Shown: positions 34,545 to 44,246 of the stretch, in pieces | Layout of the letters: every line of letters starts with the position of its first letter | How positions within the stretch are numbered: position 1 is the stretch's first letter | IMG/VR virus record: IMGVR_UViG_3300025608_000030 | Location: 1 to 52,044 of that record | Length of the DNA stretch: 52,044 nucleotides | Source of the DNA: a virus | Lineage: Duplodnaviria; Caudoviricetes | Strand: one strand, 5' to 3' | Program-made: the position numbers and the translations under genes | The notes under the pieces: generated by a model | Seen by the model: only the letters and a program-made list of their open reading frames with translations | Database searches by the model: none | What the model was told of the DNA's origin: nothing

Positions 34545-34809
34545 TCATATAAAAAGAATATCTGACTTTCAAAACCTTTTTGAGGGCGCAAACGAAGATC
34601 TGATCAAGGCTAAAGCTGATGTTAATGAACAACAGTCTTTGATAGCTGAAGAAATAGCTAAGCAGAAAGAAACAACAGATCTCAAGGAAAAGGCAGCTAG
34701 TGTAAGAAACCAGGCAAGATTGGTTGGTCAAATGCCAGCCCTTTTAAATGCTTTAGCTAATGCTATGGATGCAAAAGCTGATTCCGGAGATACAACAAAT
34801 ATTTACTAA
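34537..34809 (+). CDS. Small putative internal head protein
   Basis: Leader MHNHIKRISDFQNLFE. Confidence 0.6.
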   Translation: MHNHIKRISDFQNLFEGANEDLIKAKADVNEQQSLIAEEIAKQKETTDLKEKAASVRNQARLVGQMPALLNALANAMDAKADSGDTTNIY

Positions 34810-34812
34810 AAG

Positions 34813-37194
34813 ATGTCAAACAATTATCTTAGAAATAACCCAGTAGCAAATCAATTATCCATAGATACTTTTAAGCTCTATGAGAATAAGGATGTTGATG
34901 ATGTATTGAAAATATCAATTGATACCCTTTTGGCAGCTTGTAAGAAGATTATTTTTGATTTCGCTTCTGATAGGAACAGAACGTACGAGTCTTTTGCAAA
35001 GAAGATTGAAATGATTGGAGATACATCCACTATCAAAGGATTGATTGCTAACATTAAAGATGCTTGTGAGGATACAGAATTGCACGATTCTATACTTTCA
35101 CCTCTCAAAAAATCTTATTTGGATTCGATTGATTTAATTGGTGATGCAATCAAAAGAATGGTTGAACTTGATCCATCCCTCGAGTCAAAAGCTATCCAAA
35201 ATTTTAAATCAGCTGGGAAAAAACTAGTTGAGAGTGTAAAGAGAACTGCCGATGAGTACCAGGAAAAATTGAACGAGTCCAATGAAATTGGGGTTCCGGG
35301 AAGGGTCCATAGATTGAAGAAAATGTTGATTAACAACATTGTTGATTCTAAGGGCAAGGATGCTAAATCTGGTTATGGAAGAGATTGGCACAGACTATTT
35401 ACAACACTAGCACAAAAGCTTTCGTCTATTAATAGCGATAAGGCTACTTTCTCTGACAATGACAGAAAAACACTTGCTGAACTTGAAAAGAAAGCAGATA
35501 ACCTTGCACAGGAGTATGCTCAATACTCTGTTAAAGCTGTAGAGTCTATTATGGCAAAACTTATGAAGGATGATGATCTAGAAGCTAAGTTTGCGGATTT
35601 CTTTGATATAATGACTAACGCTCTAGACAAGGTTACTAAATCCAATACTGATGAAGGTTTAATTGAGATAAAGGTTAGAGAAGACCTAGAAGACAAGGAA
35701 ACTAAAATGAATGATAGAGTTTTCCCTCTGAAGATTGGGGATAAGGATAATGACACAAAACTTAAAGGTTCTGGGCTAATCGCTGCTGTACAAAAAGCAC
35801 TTATCGATGCATTTGTACCAATTAAAAATCTAATGGATCCAAGAGGTGGTGCTAACGGTAAGTATGAAACTGCAACTGAAGTCGCAGTGAAGTCAATCCA
35901 ATCTACTTTAGGTAATAAGGATGTAAATGGAAAATTGGATAAGCCATTGCTTGATATAATTCTTAAACTAGATCAGGTTTCAAAAGAAAATAAGGAGACT
36001 ATCAAGGAAGCAATCAGTCAACTTCGAGGTTCTTATTCATCGGTAAGGGAATCCAGCAATGCATTATCAGCGGAGGAGTTCATGAGATTAATGGAGGCTA
36101 TGACTTATATTGATCCTAATGAGATAGAAGTTAATATTAAGAATTACAGCCAGGAGTTGGCCGAAGATGATGAATCAATTTCTCAACCAACAACCTCTGA
36201 CTATTCACTAGCTGAAGCACTTGCTAAGCTTTTAAGAACAAAAGATTATAATAAAAATGCGGAAGCTGAAGATTTCTTAAAAGAAGATGGAACTCTTAAG
36301 GGATCTTGTCCTCATGATTACGTCGATTGTTGGACTAAGGCAATTTCTGGAGATAAACCTGTTTCTTTCTTTGTTATGGTTGACGATAACGACAACTGCT
36401 CTCTTTTCCCAACAAAGAGGATTTCAGGTAGTGTAAATAAGCCTTGCAATTGGAAGAGGTATAAATCAATTGCTGGTGATGATATTGATGATGTACACAA
36501 GTTTGGAAACTGGTACACCTCGTACTGGAAAAATTTCGGTGGTGTTGGATCTGAGATAAAATCAAAAGTCTTGGATGAAGTAATGACATCCAATTGTAAG
36601 CTTGCTAAAGAAGAAAGTCTAAGTGAGGTTGCTTCTATATACGAAGAATTAGAGGGATCTTTTGTTCCAAATATGGATGAGGTATCTGGTGGTTACATTA
36701 GACCAAATTCTATGAGATCCTTGGTATCTAGTATAAAAGGAATGCTTGGTAACGATGGGATCTCAAGTCTTAGTCCTGGGGAGCTTAGAGCTTTGTACAA
36801 TACTGTAATTGTTTGTTCACCTTTAATAACTTATAATAGAGATAAAGATGAATGGACCCCGGCAGTAAAAATGTTATGTAACTCTTTGGATATTACAGAA
36901 GATGAGTTAATTTCTGATATAAGAAAGAACGGATCTCTAGGTAAGAGAGGAAAGATGTCTAGTGAAAAAATAGCTTTGTTTGATACAAATTCTGTGGATA
37001 GCGATATTCTAAAATCCACAATTATCGGAAGCACCGAAGATCCAGATAAGGTTAATAATATGAAAGAGAGTTTGAGTAAAGTTAAGCCTATTATGAATAG
37101 TCTTTCTAAGCACTGCAAAAGAATAGGTGTTGATCGAATTGATGACATTACTCCTGACATTTCTGATTCCATGCTCGTTATAACAAGGGAGTGA
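34813..37194 (+). CDS. Large putative head protein with peptidoglycan-binding-like domain
   Basis: LKIGD...VQKAL...ANGKYETATEVAVKSIQ...VNGKLD resembles PG_binding_1. Confidence 0.6.
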   Translation: MSNNYLRNNPVANQLSIDTFKLYENKDVDDVLKISIDTLLAACKKIIFDFASDRNRTYESFAKKIEMIGDTSTIKGLIANIKDACEDTELHDSILSPLKKSYLDSIDLIGDAIKRMVELDPSLESKAIQNFKSAGKKLVESVKRTADEYQEKLNESNEIGVPGRVHRLKKMLINNIVDSKGKDAKSGYGRDWHRLFTTLAQKLSSINSDKATFSDNDRKTLAELEKKADNLAQEYAQYSVKAVESIMAKLMKDDDLEAKFADFFDIMTNALDKVTKSNTDEGLIEIKVREDLEDKETKMNDRVFPLKIGDKDNDTKLKGSGLIAAVQKALIDAFVPIKNLMDPRGGANGKYETATEVAVKSIQSTLGNKDVNGKLDKPLLDIILKLDQVSKENKETIKEAISQLRGSYSSVRESSNALSAEEFMRLMEAMTYIDPNEIEVNIKNYSQELAEDDESISQPTTSDYSLAEALAKLLRTKDYNKNAEAEDFLKEDGTLKGSCPHDYVDCWTKAISGDKPVSFFVMVDDNDNCSLFPTKRISGSVNKPCNWKRYKSIAGDDIDDVHKFGNWYTSYWKNFGGVGSEIKSKVLDEVMTSNCKLAKEESLSEVASIYEELEGSFVPNMDEVSGGYIRPNSMRSLVSSIKGMLGNDGISSLSPGELRALYNTVIVCSPLITYNRDKDEWTPAVKMLCNSLDITEDELISDIRKNGSLGKRGKMSSEKIALFDTNSVDSDILKSTIIGSTEDPDKVNNMKESLSKVKPIMNSLSKHCKRIGVDRIDDITPDISDSMLVITRE

Positions 37195-37201
37195 TAGTCT
37201 A

Positions 37202-37226
37202 GAAACTTATTGGCCTTTAATTCCTA
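37202..37226 (+). promoter_or_regulatory. GAAAC-N17-CTA promoter-like motif
   Basis: Upstream of the GT-kinase-AsnB operon. Confidence 0.6.
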
Positions 37227-37252
37227 TAATCCATTGAGATTAACTTTTACTA

Positions 37253-38185
37253 GTGGAGAGGAAGGAAAAGATTTATTTTATTAGCTTTTGTAGTCAGGGA
37301 CCTCCTTACGATTCCGGTATAGATCTTAGTGATAACGGAGATAATATTAGGTTACTTCTCGGGAATTTCTTTGATGTCGTTACAATATACACTCCGACAT
37401 CCATTAAGGAATGCGAGGGTAGCGAAGGATTTTGTGAATTCCACGAGGGTGTTTTCAATCTAAATCCTGGATTAAACTCTAATGGATGTGGTGATTTTAA
37501 ATCCTTTATAATAGATAAAACACTCAATGAGATAGAAGAGAATGATATACTGATCTACCATGATTGTAATTTTCATAAATATCCACAATATTGGCAAACA
37601 GACTGGGAAAATATTAAGGAGATAATAGAATTCCTCCTTTATGAAAACAGGTCAGACTTCTTTATGCCTTTTGAACACTTCGGACTTCAGAAAGATTATC
37701 TGGTATCACAACACGGAAAAAGATACACAACGGATGCAATAATAGGTAATAAAATTGAATCTGACATTGTATCCAGATGTTACGAGATAGCTTCTAGCAG
37801 GATAATAGTTAAAAACACCCCTAGGTCTAGAGAATTCTTTAGAGAGTATAAGAATCTGTGCAAGAGAAAGGACTTATTAACTAAATATCCAAACCCAAAC
37901 CCATATCCAGTATTTACACACAGTTGTCCAGAGCAGCATGTCCTAAATTGTTTGGTTTATAAATATATTCTAGATGGTAAACTTGACAAGAACTTTCCCA
38001 GATATGCATTTCCTGATAGAAAGCTTGTCATGGATAGGAACGTTGAATATAGAATAAATTCTGAATTATCGAAATATATTACGTCTAAGTCAATAAAAGA
38101 ATTTGAAAAGCATCTCACCAATGACCGGGAAAATAAAGATATTCGAGGGACCAAGAAATTCAGGGAAGACCTTTTTAGCACGTAA
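37253..38185 (+). CDS. Glycosyltransferase-like hypothetical protein
   Basis: FKSFII, ILIYHDC and H..EQHVLN resemble GT-A-like proteins. Confidence 0.45.
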   Translation: MERKEKIYFISFCSQGPPYDSGIDLSDNGDNIRLLLGNFFDVVTIYTPTSIKECEGSEGFCEFHEGVFNLNPGLNSNGCGDFKSFIIDKTLNEIEENDILIYHDCNFHKYPQYWQTDWENIKEIIEFLLYENRSDFFMPFEHFGLQKDYLVSQHGKRYTTDAIIGNKIESDIVSRCYEIASSRIIVKNTPRSREFFREYKNLCKRKDLLTKYPNPNPYPVFTHSCPEQHVLNCLVYKYILDGKLDKNFPRYAFPDRKLVMDRNVEYRINSELSKYITSKSIKEFEKHLTNDRENKDIRGTKKFREDLFST

Positions 38186-38669
38186 ATATGCTGAAATAAA
38201 AAATTTACCTATTTATAAGTTTGATTTTGTTGGGTGGTTTAATAGACTTGATTTCCCTGATAATTCTCACGAGACGCATTCCTTTGCTCTTGGAAAGGAG
38301 CTAATGCTTCTACAACTATCCAGGGATGGTCTTTTGTCAGATTTTATTCTTGATCGTGGTATAATAACTGTTTTATCCTGGGGAATTCTTTCAGGTAGAA
38401 TCGGAGAGAAAGAAGCTTATTGCCAGCTTGATATGATTGCCGGTCAAGGACTACTAGAAAACTGTGAGATTTATTTTATTGCAGGTAATAATCCAGATGA
38501 CTCTCCAAGAAAAAAGGATAATTGGGACTTTAGGGATGGTGATAATCGGGAAGCAGAAATTATAGAAAATCTTATTGGCTATATTCAAAATCAGCCATAT
38601 AATGTTTATGTACACCGTATATTCAACAGCTTTGATGAAAAAACGGTGAGCGATTTAAAAATGATCTAA
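38121..38669 (+). CDS. P-loop nucleotide (dTMP-kinase-like) kinase
   Basis: FEGPRNSGKT and ILDRG motifs. Confidence 0.75.
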   Translation: MTGKIKIFEGPRNSGKTFLARKYAEIKNLPIYKFDFVGWFNRLDFPDNSHETHSFALGKELMLLQLSRDGLLSDFILDRGIITVLSWGILSGRIGEKEAYCQLDMIAGQGLLENCEIYFIAGNNPDDSPRKKDNWDFRDGDNREAEIIENLIGYIQNQPYNVYVHRIFNSFDEKTVSDLKMI

Positions 38670-40070
38670 ATGTGCGGAATAATAATTACTAAAACTCCAG
38701 GTGAAGAAGTACTGGACTCAATTAAACATAGAGGCATCGAAAAAACTGTTGTTTCTAAGAATGGACTAAATATATGCCACCACAGGCTTCCAATACAGAC
38801 TTCTGATGGTGATGATTGGAATCAACCAATAGAGGTAGCAGACGGCATCTATTTGCTGTTTAACGGTGAGATATTTAACTATGACAGGGAAAGGTATGGT
38901 TCTGATATAGAATATTTAGTCGATGCATTCTCAAGATATAGAGGGGAAAGTTTTGAGATGTTCTGTGCTCTTTTTTCGCCGGTTATACAAACTTGGGATG
39001 GATTCTGGGCTATCACAGTTTACAATTCCACGACCAATGAAATTATAGCCTTTACAGATCCATTGGGTAGAAAATGTCTTTATTATAATACCAGTGGAGA
39101 AATAGCATCTGAAATAAAGCCACTGATAAGTGAGAATTCCCCTATTGATGAGTCATTTATAAGCACTGTTAGAAAGTGGGGATATAATACTGATGATAGA
39201 ACACCATATAGTGATATAAAAAGAATACTTCCTAATAACATCTATAACTTTAATCTGGATAATCCTGAGTTTAAGAACGTTTATCAGAATTACTATAAAG
39301 GATTTGACCATCCAATATCAGAATTGGCTGGTAAAGGATATGAGGAACACATGGAATGGCTTTGGGAAAAAATGTTCGAGTCCGTTAGGAATAGACTTGT
39401 CTCAAAAGACTATCCAATATCTTTACTTATTTCTGGTGGTCTTGATTCCTCAATTATAGCTTCCGTATTAAATGAAATTGGTGCTGAAGTTAGATGGTTT
39501 AGTATAGAAAACGGTGAAAGGGAATATGTGGATTTGCTAGCAGACCGGTTGGGGAAAACAGTTTCTTTCCTAGATTATAGCATGTATGAATCTATGAACG
39601 AATTAATTTATAAAAAATGGAATGAATCCCCGATAGATCTTGGTTCTGTGATACCACAATACCATCTTTTCGATGCAGTGAAAAAATTCGGTGGCTATAG
39701 AATAGTTTTATCTGGTGATGGAGCAGACGAACTTTTTGGTGGGTATAAAAGAATCCACGAGTACGATTCACAGAAATCTGATATCTTCGATGAATTATCT
39801 TTCTATCACTTGCCTAGATTGGATAAAATGTCAATGGCACATACTATTGAGCTTAGAAGTCCTTTTCTTAACTTGGACTTGGTAAGATTTGCATTGCACT
39901 TACCCTTGGAATGGAGAAAGGATAAAAAAATCTTGAAAGATACCTTTGCCCCTCTTCTGCCTGATGAGATAATTAATAGGAAGAAGGCTCCACTCAAGAA
40001 TCCAAAGATAAAGGAAGATAAAATAGCCTATCGATATAAGGCAGTAGAACTTTTCCTCAGAAGTAAATAA
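38670..40070 (+). CDS. asnB: Asparagine-synthetase-B-like glutamine amidotransferase
   Basis: MCGI, HRG, FNGEIFNY, SGGLDSS, SGDGADELFGGY and ELRSPFL motifs. Confidence 0.9.
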   Translation: MCGIIITKTPGEEVLDSIKHRGIEKTVVSKNGLNICHHRLPIQTSDGDDWNQPIEVADGIYLLFNGEIFNYDRERYGSDIEYLVDAFSRYRGESFEMFCALFSPVIQTWDGFWAITVYNSTTNEIIAFTDPLGRKCLYYNTSGEIASEIKPLISENSPIDESFISTVRKWGYNTDDRTPYSDIKRILPNNIYNFNLDNPEFKNVYQNYYKGFDHPISELAGKGYEEHMEWLWEKMFESVRNRLVSKDYPISLLISGGLDSSIIASVLNEIGAEVRWFSIENGEREYVDLLADRLGKTVSFLDYSMYESMNELIYKKWNESPIDLGSVIPQYHLFDAVKKFGGYRIVLSGDGADELFGGYKRIHEYDSQKSDIFDELSFYHLPRLDKMSMAHTIELRSPFLNLDLVRFALHLPLEWRKDKKILKDTFAPLLPDEIINRKKAPLKNPKIKEDKIAYRYKAVELFLRSK

Positions 40071-40085
40071 ATTACCAATGTGAGC

Positions 40086-40093
40086 GATATATA
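40086..40093 (+). promoter_or_regulatory. Putative late promoter GATATATA
   Basis: 17 nt before ATG 40111. Confidence 0.65.
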
Positions 40094-40110
40094 AAGAAAA
40101 AAGCTCCAAA

Positions 40111-40797
40111 ATGGTAAACAACATAAAATCTTTTGAAGATTTTAAATCTAGTGAACACCAAAGCGTAAATGAAAACTGGATCAGTGATATCTTAGGGTAT
40201 GCTGGTGGTGCTTTTAGTGATGTTCTAAAAGGGAAGGCTTCTGCTTATCTAATGAGCTTCTTTGGCATTGGTGAACAATCTATATTTAGTAAGCTTGTCC
40301 AGAACTTTGTCGAGCAAATTCCTATTGCAGATCTTACTAAAATTATTTTTGCAGGTAAAGCAAATTCTGCTTATTTGGCACCAAAGCTTGCTGATGCAAC
40401 TATTGAATTTCTTTCAGAAAAGGGATTGGATGGTGTTGCAGAAGATCTTCACATAGATCCGACTGGATGGATATACAGAACTATATCAGAGATGATAAGT
40501 AATGAAACCAGAAGAGGTCAGTTTAGAGAATCTCTAGTTAGCTTCTACATGCAGGCATTTAATGGATTTAAGGAAGTTGATGTAGATAGCTTTAAAAGTA
40601 CATTATCTCCCTCCGAAGCTAGAACGCTAAGTAGCGGAATAGATAAAATAGCAAAAAGTCAACCCAATAATATAAATATAGAAGTTCCCTCTGGGGAAGC
40701 TAACAAAGATTTGGTAGCTAATTTCTTGTCTGGATTAATGGGCGGAGGTCAGTCAATGCAATCGATGGGATTAAGCACAGGATCAACAATACAATAA
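40111..40797 (+). CDS. Putative internal head protein
   Basis: Leader IKSFEDF..VNE. Confidence 0.65.
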   Translation: MVNNIKSFEDFKSSEHQSVNENWISDILGYAGGAFSDVLKGKASAYLMSFFGIGEQSIFSKLVQNFVEQIPIADLTKIIFAGKANSAYLAPKLADATIEFLSEKGLDGVAEDLHIDPTGWIYRTISEMISNETRRGQFRESLVSFYMQAFNGFKEVDVDSFKSTLSPSEARTLSSGIDKIAKSQPNNINIEVPSGEANKDLVANFLSGLMGGGQSMQSMGLSTGSTIQ

Positions 40798-40808
40798 AAA
40801 ACTAGATC

Positions 40809-41177
40809 ATGAACATAAACGACGTTTCAAAAAGAGAAGTTTTAGACTTTGATCAATTCAAGAAAAAAGTCCACGACGAAACATACAAGCCATTTTCTGC
40901 TGAGAATCAGGAAAGTGAAGGTGGAAGAACAGGATTACATAAAATTAAAAGACAGCCTGCTTATGATTGGGTTGGTTATGCAGACGCTGTATTTAGTCCA
41001 GAAAAAGCTGGAATCGAGGTTCCTGGATATAATGCAGATGGAGATAGAGAATATAACATTGCTAATGCAGGTCCATCTATAGTGAATGCACCAAATTCTG
41101 CTCAAACTCTTTCTAGTGCCCTTGGTGAATCTGAGGTCAATGAATCTTTTTCAATAAGGAGACTGGAGGATTTTTAG
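40809..41177 (+). CDS. Small putative internal head protein
   Basis: VLDFDQF near the N-terminus and VNESFSIRRLEDF at the C-terminus. Confidence 0.6.
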   Translation: MNINDVSKREVLDFDQFKKKVHDETYKPFSAENQESEGGRTGLHKIKRQPAYDWVGYADAVFSPEKAGIEVPGYNADGDREYNIANAGPSIVNAPNSAQTLSSALGESEVNESFSIRRLEDF

Positions 41178-41201
41178 TAATATCTTTTAAAAGGAGTATA
41201 C

Positions 41202-41235
41202 AAAGACAAGTTTCTTTTGAAACTTGTCTTTTTTG
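41202..41235 (+). terminator. Rho-independent terminator; its 3' arm contains the GAAAC of a GAAAC-N16-CTA motif (41219-41242)
   Basis: AAAGACAAGTTTC-tttt-GAAACTTGTCTTT followed by a T-run. Confidence 0.85.
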
Positions 41236-41269
41236 TTTACTATAAATGACAACAAGGATTATCTGAACG

Positions 41270-41938
41270 ATGAATATTAAGCTAGTACATATACTGACAG
41301 AACCCGAAACTAGGAGGGAAGTTGAATCGATTGCATCACTATCTCCCCTTGGAAATCTGGGATTGGATTACCAACAACAGGTTAACCAGAGATATAGAGG
41401 AGAGGATTGGAAAAATACACAGGCTTTGACACAATCTCAAAACACTAACCATGGACCAGGCCATTATGGGGCTTTCCAGTCATTCAAAAAAGCTATGCTT
41501 GATAATTTTTCTGAAGATCTGGATGCATTGGTCTTGTGTGAGTGTGATTGTGTACTTGAGTGTTCTCCAGAGTCCTTTATGAATTCCCTGGAGAGGGGAA
41601 TAGAATTCTGCAACTCTAATAATCTGCAATATCTTTCATTAGGTTCTAGGTTTGTTAATGGATTTTTACAGTCCCCAGAGACTGAATTTGATGAGAATTA
41701 TCCGGACTTTTATGTAACTAATAAGGTAATTCTTGCACATTGTGTAGTATTACCAGCATCAGCGAGAGGTACTATACTAAAAGCACTTGATGAGTTTTCG
41801 TGGGACAGCCCAGATATTTGGTTTAACGAGGCCCTTTGGAGGTCTGGTATTAACAGATTTGGAATTATCAAGGAAAGACTTGCCCGTCAACACGAGGGAA
41901 TTTCTCTCATAGATAATGTGTGGAAGGAATCTCAGTAA
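41270..41938 (+). CDS. Glycosyltransferase, GT25-like
   Basis: GHYGAFQSF, VLCECD (EDD-like) and PDIWF motifs. Confidence 0.55.
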   Translation: MNIKLVHILTEPETRREVESIASLSPLGNLGLDYQQQVNQRYRGEDWKNTQALTQSQNTNHGPGHYGAFQSFKKAMLDNFSEDLDALVLCECDCVLECSPESFMNSLERGIEFCNSNNLQYLSLGSRFVNGFLQSPETEFDENYPDFYVTNKVILAHCVVLPASARGTILKALDEFSWDSPDIWFNEALWRSGINRFGIIKERLARQHEGISLIDNVWKESQ

Positions 41939-42666
41939 TTGGTTCTTTTACCTTCCTCTTTGCTAATTTCCCTTATGAAAAGCTCTTTTGCAATTTTAAG
42001 AGTAACTGACTCCTCCGAGAAATCTTCGTAGATTTCCATCACATTTACTTCCATTCCAAGATCCCCCTTGATGTCCATGCTATCTAATATCTCGTGAACA
42101 GTAAATTCATACGACATGGAGTAATAACAATTCCTTAGCTTTATTTTCTTTAGCATGGTCCCTTTAGATCCCTTATCGGTCTTTCCGATCTGCCACCAAT
42201 ATGTGATCAGATGGTCTGTAGACATGTTTCTAAATATCAATATTCCTCTGTCCCTATTTTTGCTTTCTATAGAACTGTTTAATCTGAATGCTTTGATCCG
42301 GTTTTCTATGTTTTTCCATAGGTCCATTCCGAGATCTGCATACTTATAGAGTATATTAAGCGAGGTCTCTATTATTGAGAATAACTCGTCCTTTTCAGAT
42401 TCAGATAATTTACTATCCTCGTAGGTCTGTATAACTTCTTTTATACTTTCCGATAGGTCTTCGGGAATTTCCTCAAAATTACTTTCAATCCATACTTTCA
42501 ATGAGCTGATTTCCTTTATCATGGAAAAAATTCTTTTTACCGGATAATATATGTCCTCGTCGGCAATGTCTTTATTGACGGTAGAAAGGAAGTCCAATAA
42601 AATGTACTGTTTGTATTCCTGATCGACTGGATGTTCGATAAACCATGTGGGTTTAATATCTTTCAT
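41932..42666 (-). CDS. Hypothetical protein; the only clear minus-strand gene
   Basis: 244-aa ORF (WF.E.PVD.EYKQYILLDFL) in a gap with no + strand gene. Confidence 0.8.
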   Translation of the reverse strand: MKDIKPTWFIEHPVDQEYKQYILLDFLSTVNKDIADEDIYYPVKRIFSMIKEISSLKVWIESNFEEIPEDLSESIKEVIQTYEDSKLSESEKDELFSIIETSLNILYKYADLGMDLWKNIENRIKAFRLNSSIESKNRDRGILIFRNMSTDHLITYWWQIGKTDKGSKGTMLKKIKLRNCYYSMSYEFTVHEILDSMDIKGDLGMEVNVMEIYEDFSEESVTLKIAKELFIREISKEEGKRTNY

Positions 42667-42747
42667 GGTGAGAATAGTTATGTTTATAATCTATATATTA
42701 TCTACTGGCTATTCTTCTCGACTTTTAAAGAACTGATTTGTGTTCTT

Positions 42748-42755
42748 GATATATA
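42748..42755 (+). promoter_or_regulatory. Putative late promoter GATATATA
   Basis: Before ATG 42780. Confidence 0.65.
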
Positions 42756-42779
42756 ATACATAAAAAAAGTGGTCCTGCT

Positions 42780-43217
42780 ATGCCAAGAATAGATGATTAT
42801 ATTTCCTTCAGCTCTAGTAAAAAAAATAATGTTACTAGTGAATATCATTTCACATCGGAATTAGGATTCTTGGATGTTGAAGTCGTAAATAGACCTCCTG
42901 AAATTTCTGATGTTGATTCTCTTGAATTTGAGATTGAGTATAAAGTGGGTATAGAAAGACGTAAGGGTGGTGTACAGGATTTAAATTTTCTAGTTGATAA
43001 CATTGAGCTTGAGATAAAGGTTGACGATTATCCAAACGATCAGAAGGAATTTGAATTTGATATTGTTCCAGATGCGAACATTCCTGTTTCTTCCGTGATA
43101 ATACAGAAGGGATCTAAATTAATCCCATGTGATCCTACATTTGCTAGAATTGACATGAGAAAATCTATGAATCCCAAGGACTTTAGGATTCAAATACTAT
43201 TTGGAAGTAATGGATAG
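42780..43217 (+). CDS. Hypothetical late protein
   Basis: Leader MPRIDDYISF. Confidence 0.65.
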   Translation: MPRIDDYISFSSSKKNNVTSEYHFTSELGFLDVEVVNRPPEISDVDSLEFEIEYKVGIERRKGGVQDLNFLVDNIELEIKVDDYPNDQKEFEFDIVPDANIPVSSVIIQKGSKLIPCDPTFARIDMRKSMNPKDFRIQILFGSNG

Positions 43218-44124
43218 GGCTTTAAAGTTTGAACATTTTGTAAAACTTAATGAATCTTCTTCAATCTCTAAGAAAGAAATAGGTGTAATTGGACCTGATC
43301 TAAACGGAGAGATTAAAATTAGAATACAAAATCCTGGGGTAACCCTAAAAAGAATTGATGACGGGGAGAATTTCGTTTTTCAAATAGGAGAAAAATCATG
43401 TTCTATACCTAAAAAGTACGTTGGTGTATCTACTCAGCCTGGATATGATATAATTTCTTTTGATACCAACATGAATTGGTTTAAGAGTGGAGAAAACGGG
43501 AATAAATTTGCGGACATTGTGGATGAGTATATCTCATCTCAGTATGGAAATTTAGGCAAGAAAATGAACCACATAGAAGAGGATGTAAATGTTATGCTAG
43601 ATTTACTTGGAATAGAGGATGACGTAAAATCTTGTAATCGGAATTCCCCGCTCGGTTTTGACGGAGTAATTTCAAATGGAATGGAATTTGAAATTGTAAA
43701 AGAGAATGACTCAGATCTTTTCAAGAAGATGTTTATTTATAAGGATTTGGATTCTATTCACCCATTAATTTCTATCAAGAGAAATAGGGGAAGATATAAT
43801 TGCTTTTACAGAACCCCGAAAGGGAATTTTGAATGTAAGCATGATTCTATAGATGAAATGTTGAATAATCCGGTAGATAAGTACTTACTTTCTATTTGTT
43901 TAGAAGATACTGACGATTCAAAGCAAAGGAATTTGGTCGATCATTTAATGAAACTATTTAAGTACCACTCTTGGTCTGATAAGGGGGTTAATTCTAATAC
44001 ACATAAGAATATGGAAGAAAAAGCTGAGATAAAAAGAATTATGAGCATGCTTAAAAATTCTATTCCAGAACCCCATATCGATGAAATGTACACCGATGCT
44101 AGATCAAAGTTCCTAGGAAAATAA
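43210..44124 (+). CDS. Putative internal head protein
   Basis: Leader ALKFEHFVKLNE. Confidence 0.65.
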   Translation: MDRALKFEHFVKLNESSSISKKEIGVIGPDLNGEIKIRIQNPGVTLKRIDDGENFVFQIGEKSCSIPKKYVGVSTQPGYDIISFDTNMNWFKSGENGNKFADIVDEYISSQYGNLGKKMNHIEEDVNVMLDLLGIEDDVKSCNRNSPLGFDGVISNGMEFEIVKENDSDLFKKMFIYKDLDSIHPLISIKRNRGRYNCFYRTPKGNFECKHDSIDEMLNNPVDKYLLSICLEDTDDSKQRNLVDHLMKLFKYHSWSDKGVNSNTHKNMEEKAEIKRIMSMLKNSIPEPHIDEMYTDARSKFLGK

Positions 44125-44246
44125 TAAACCCGGAACACTTTCACACATTTGCCATATAATTCTTAAATCCAGCAATGCTGTCCGGTGAATTGTTTTTTAT
44201 GCAACCCTTTACAAGTTTTTGTTAACTGTTTAACTTTTGAAGATAC

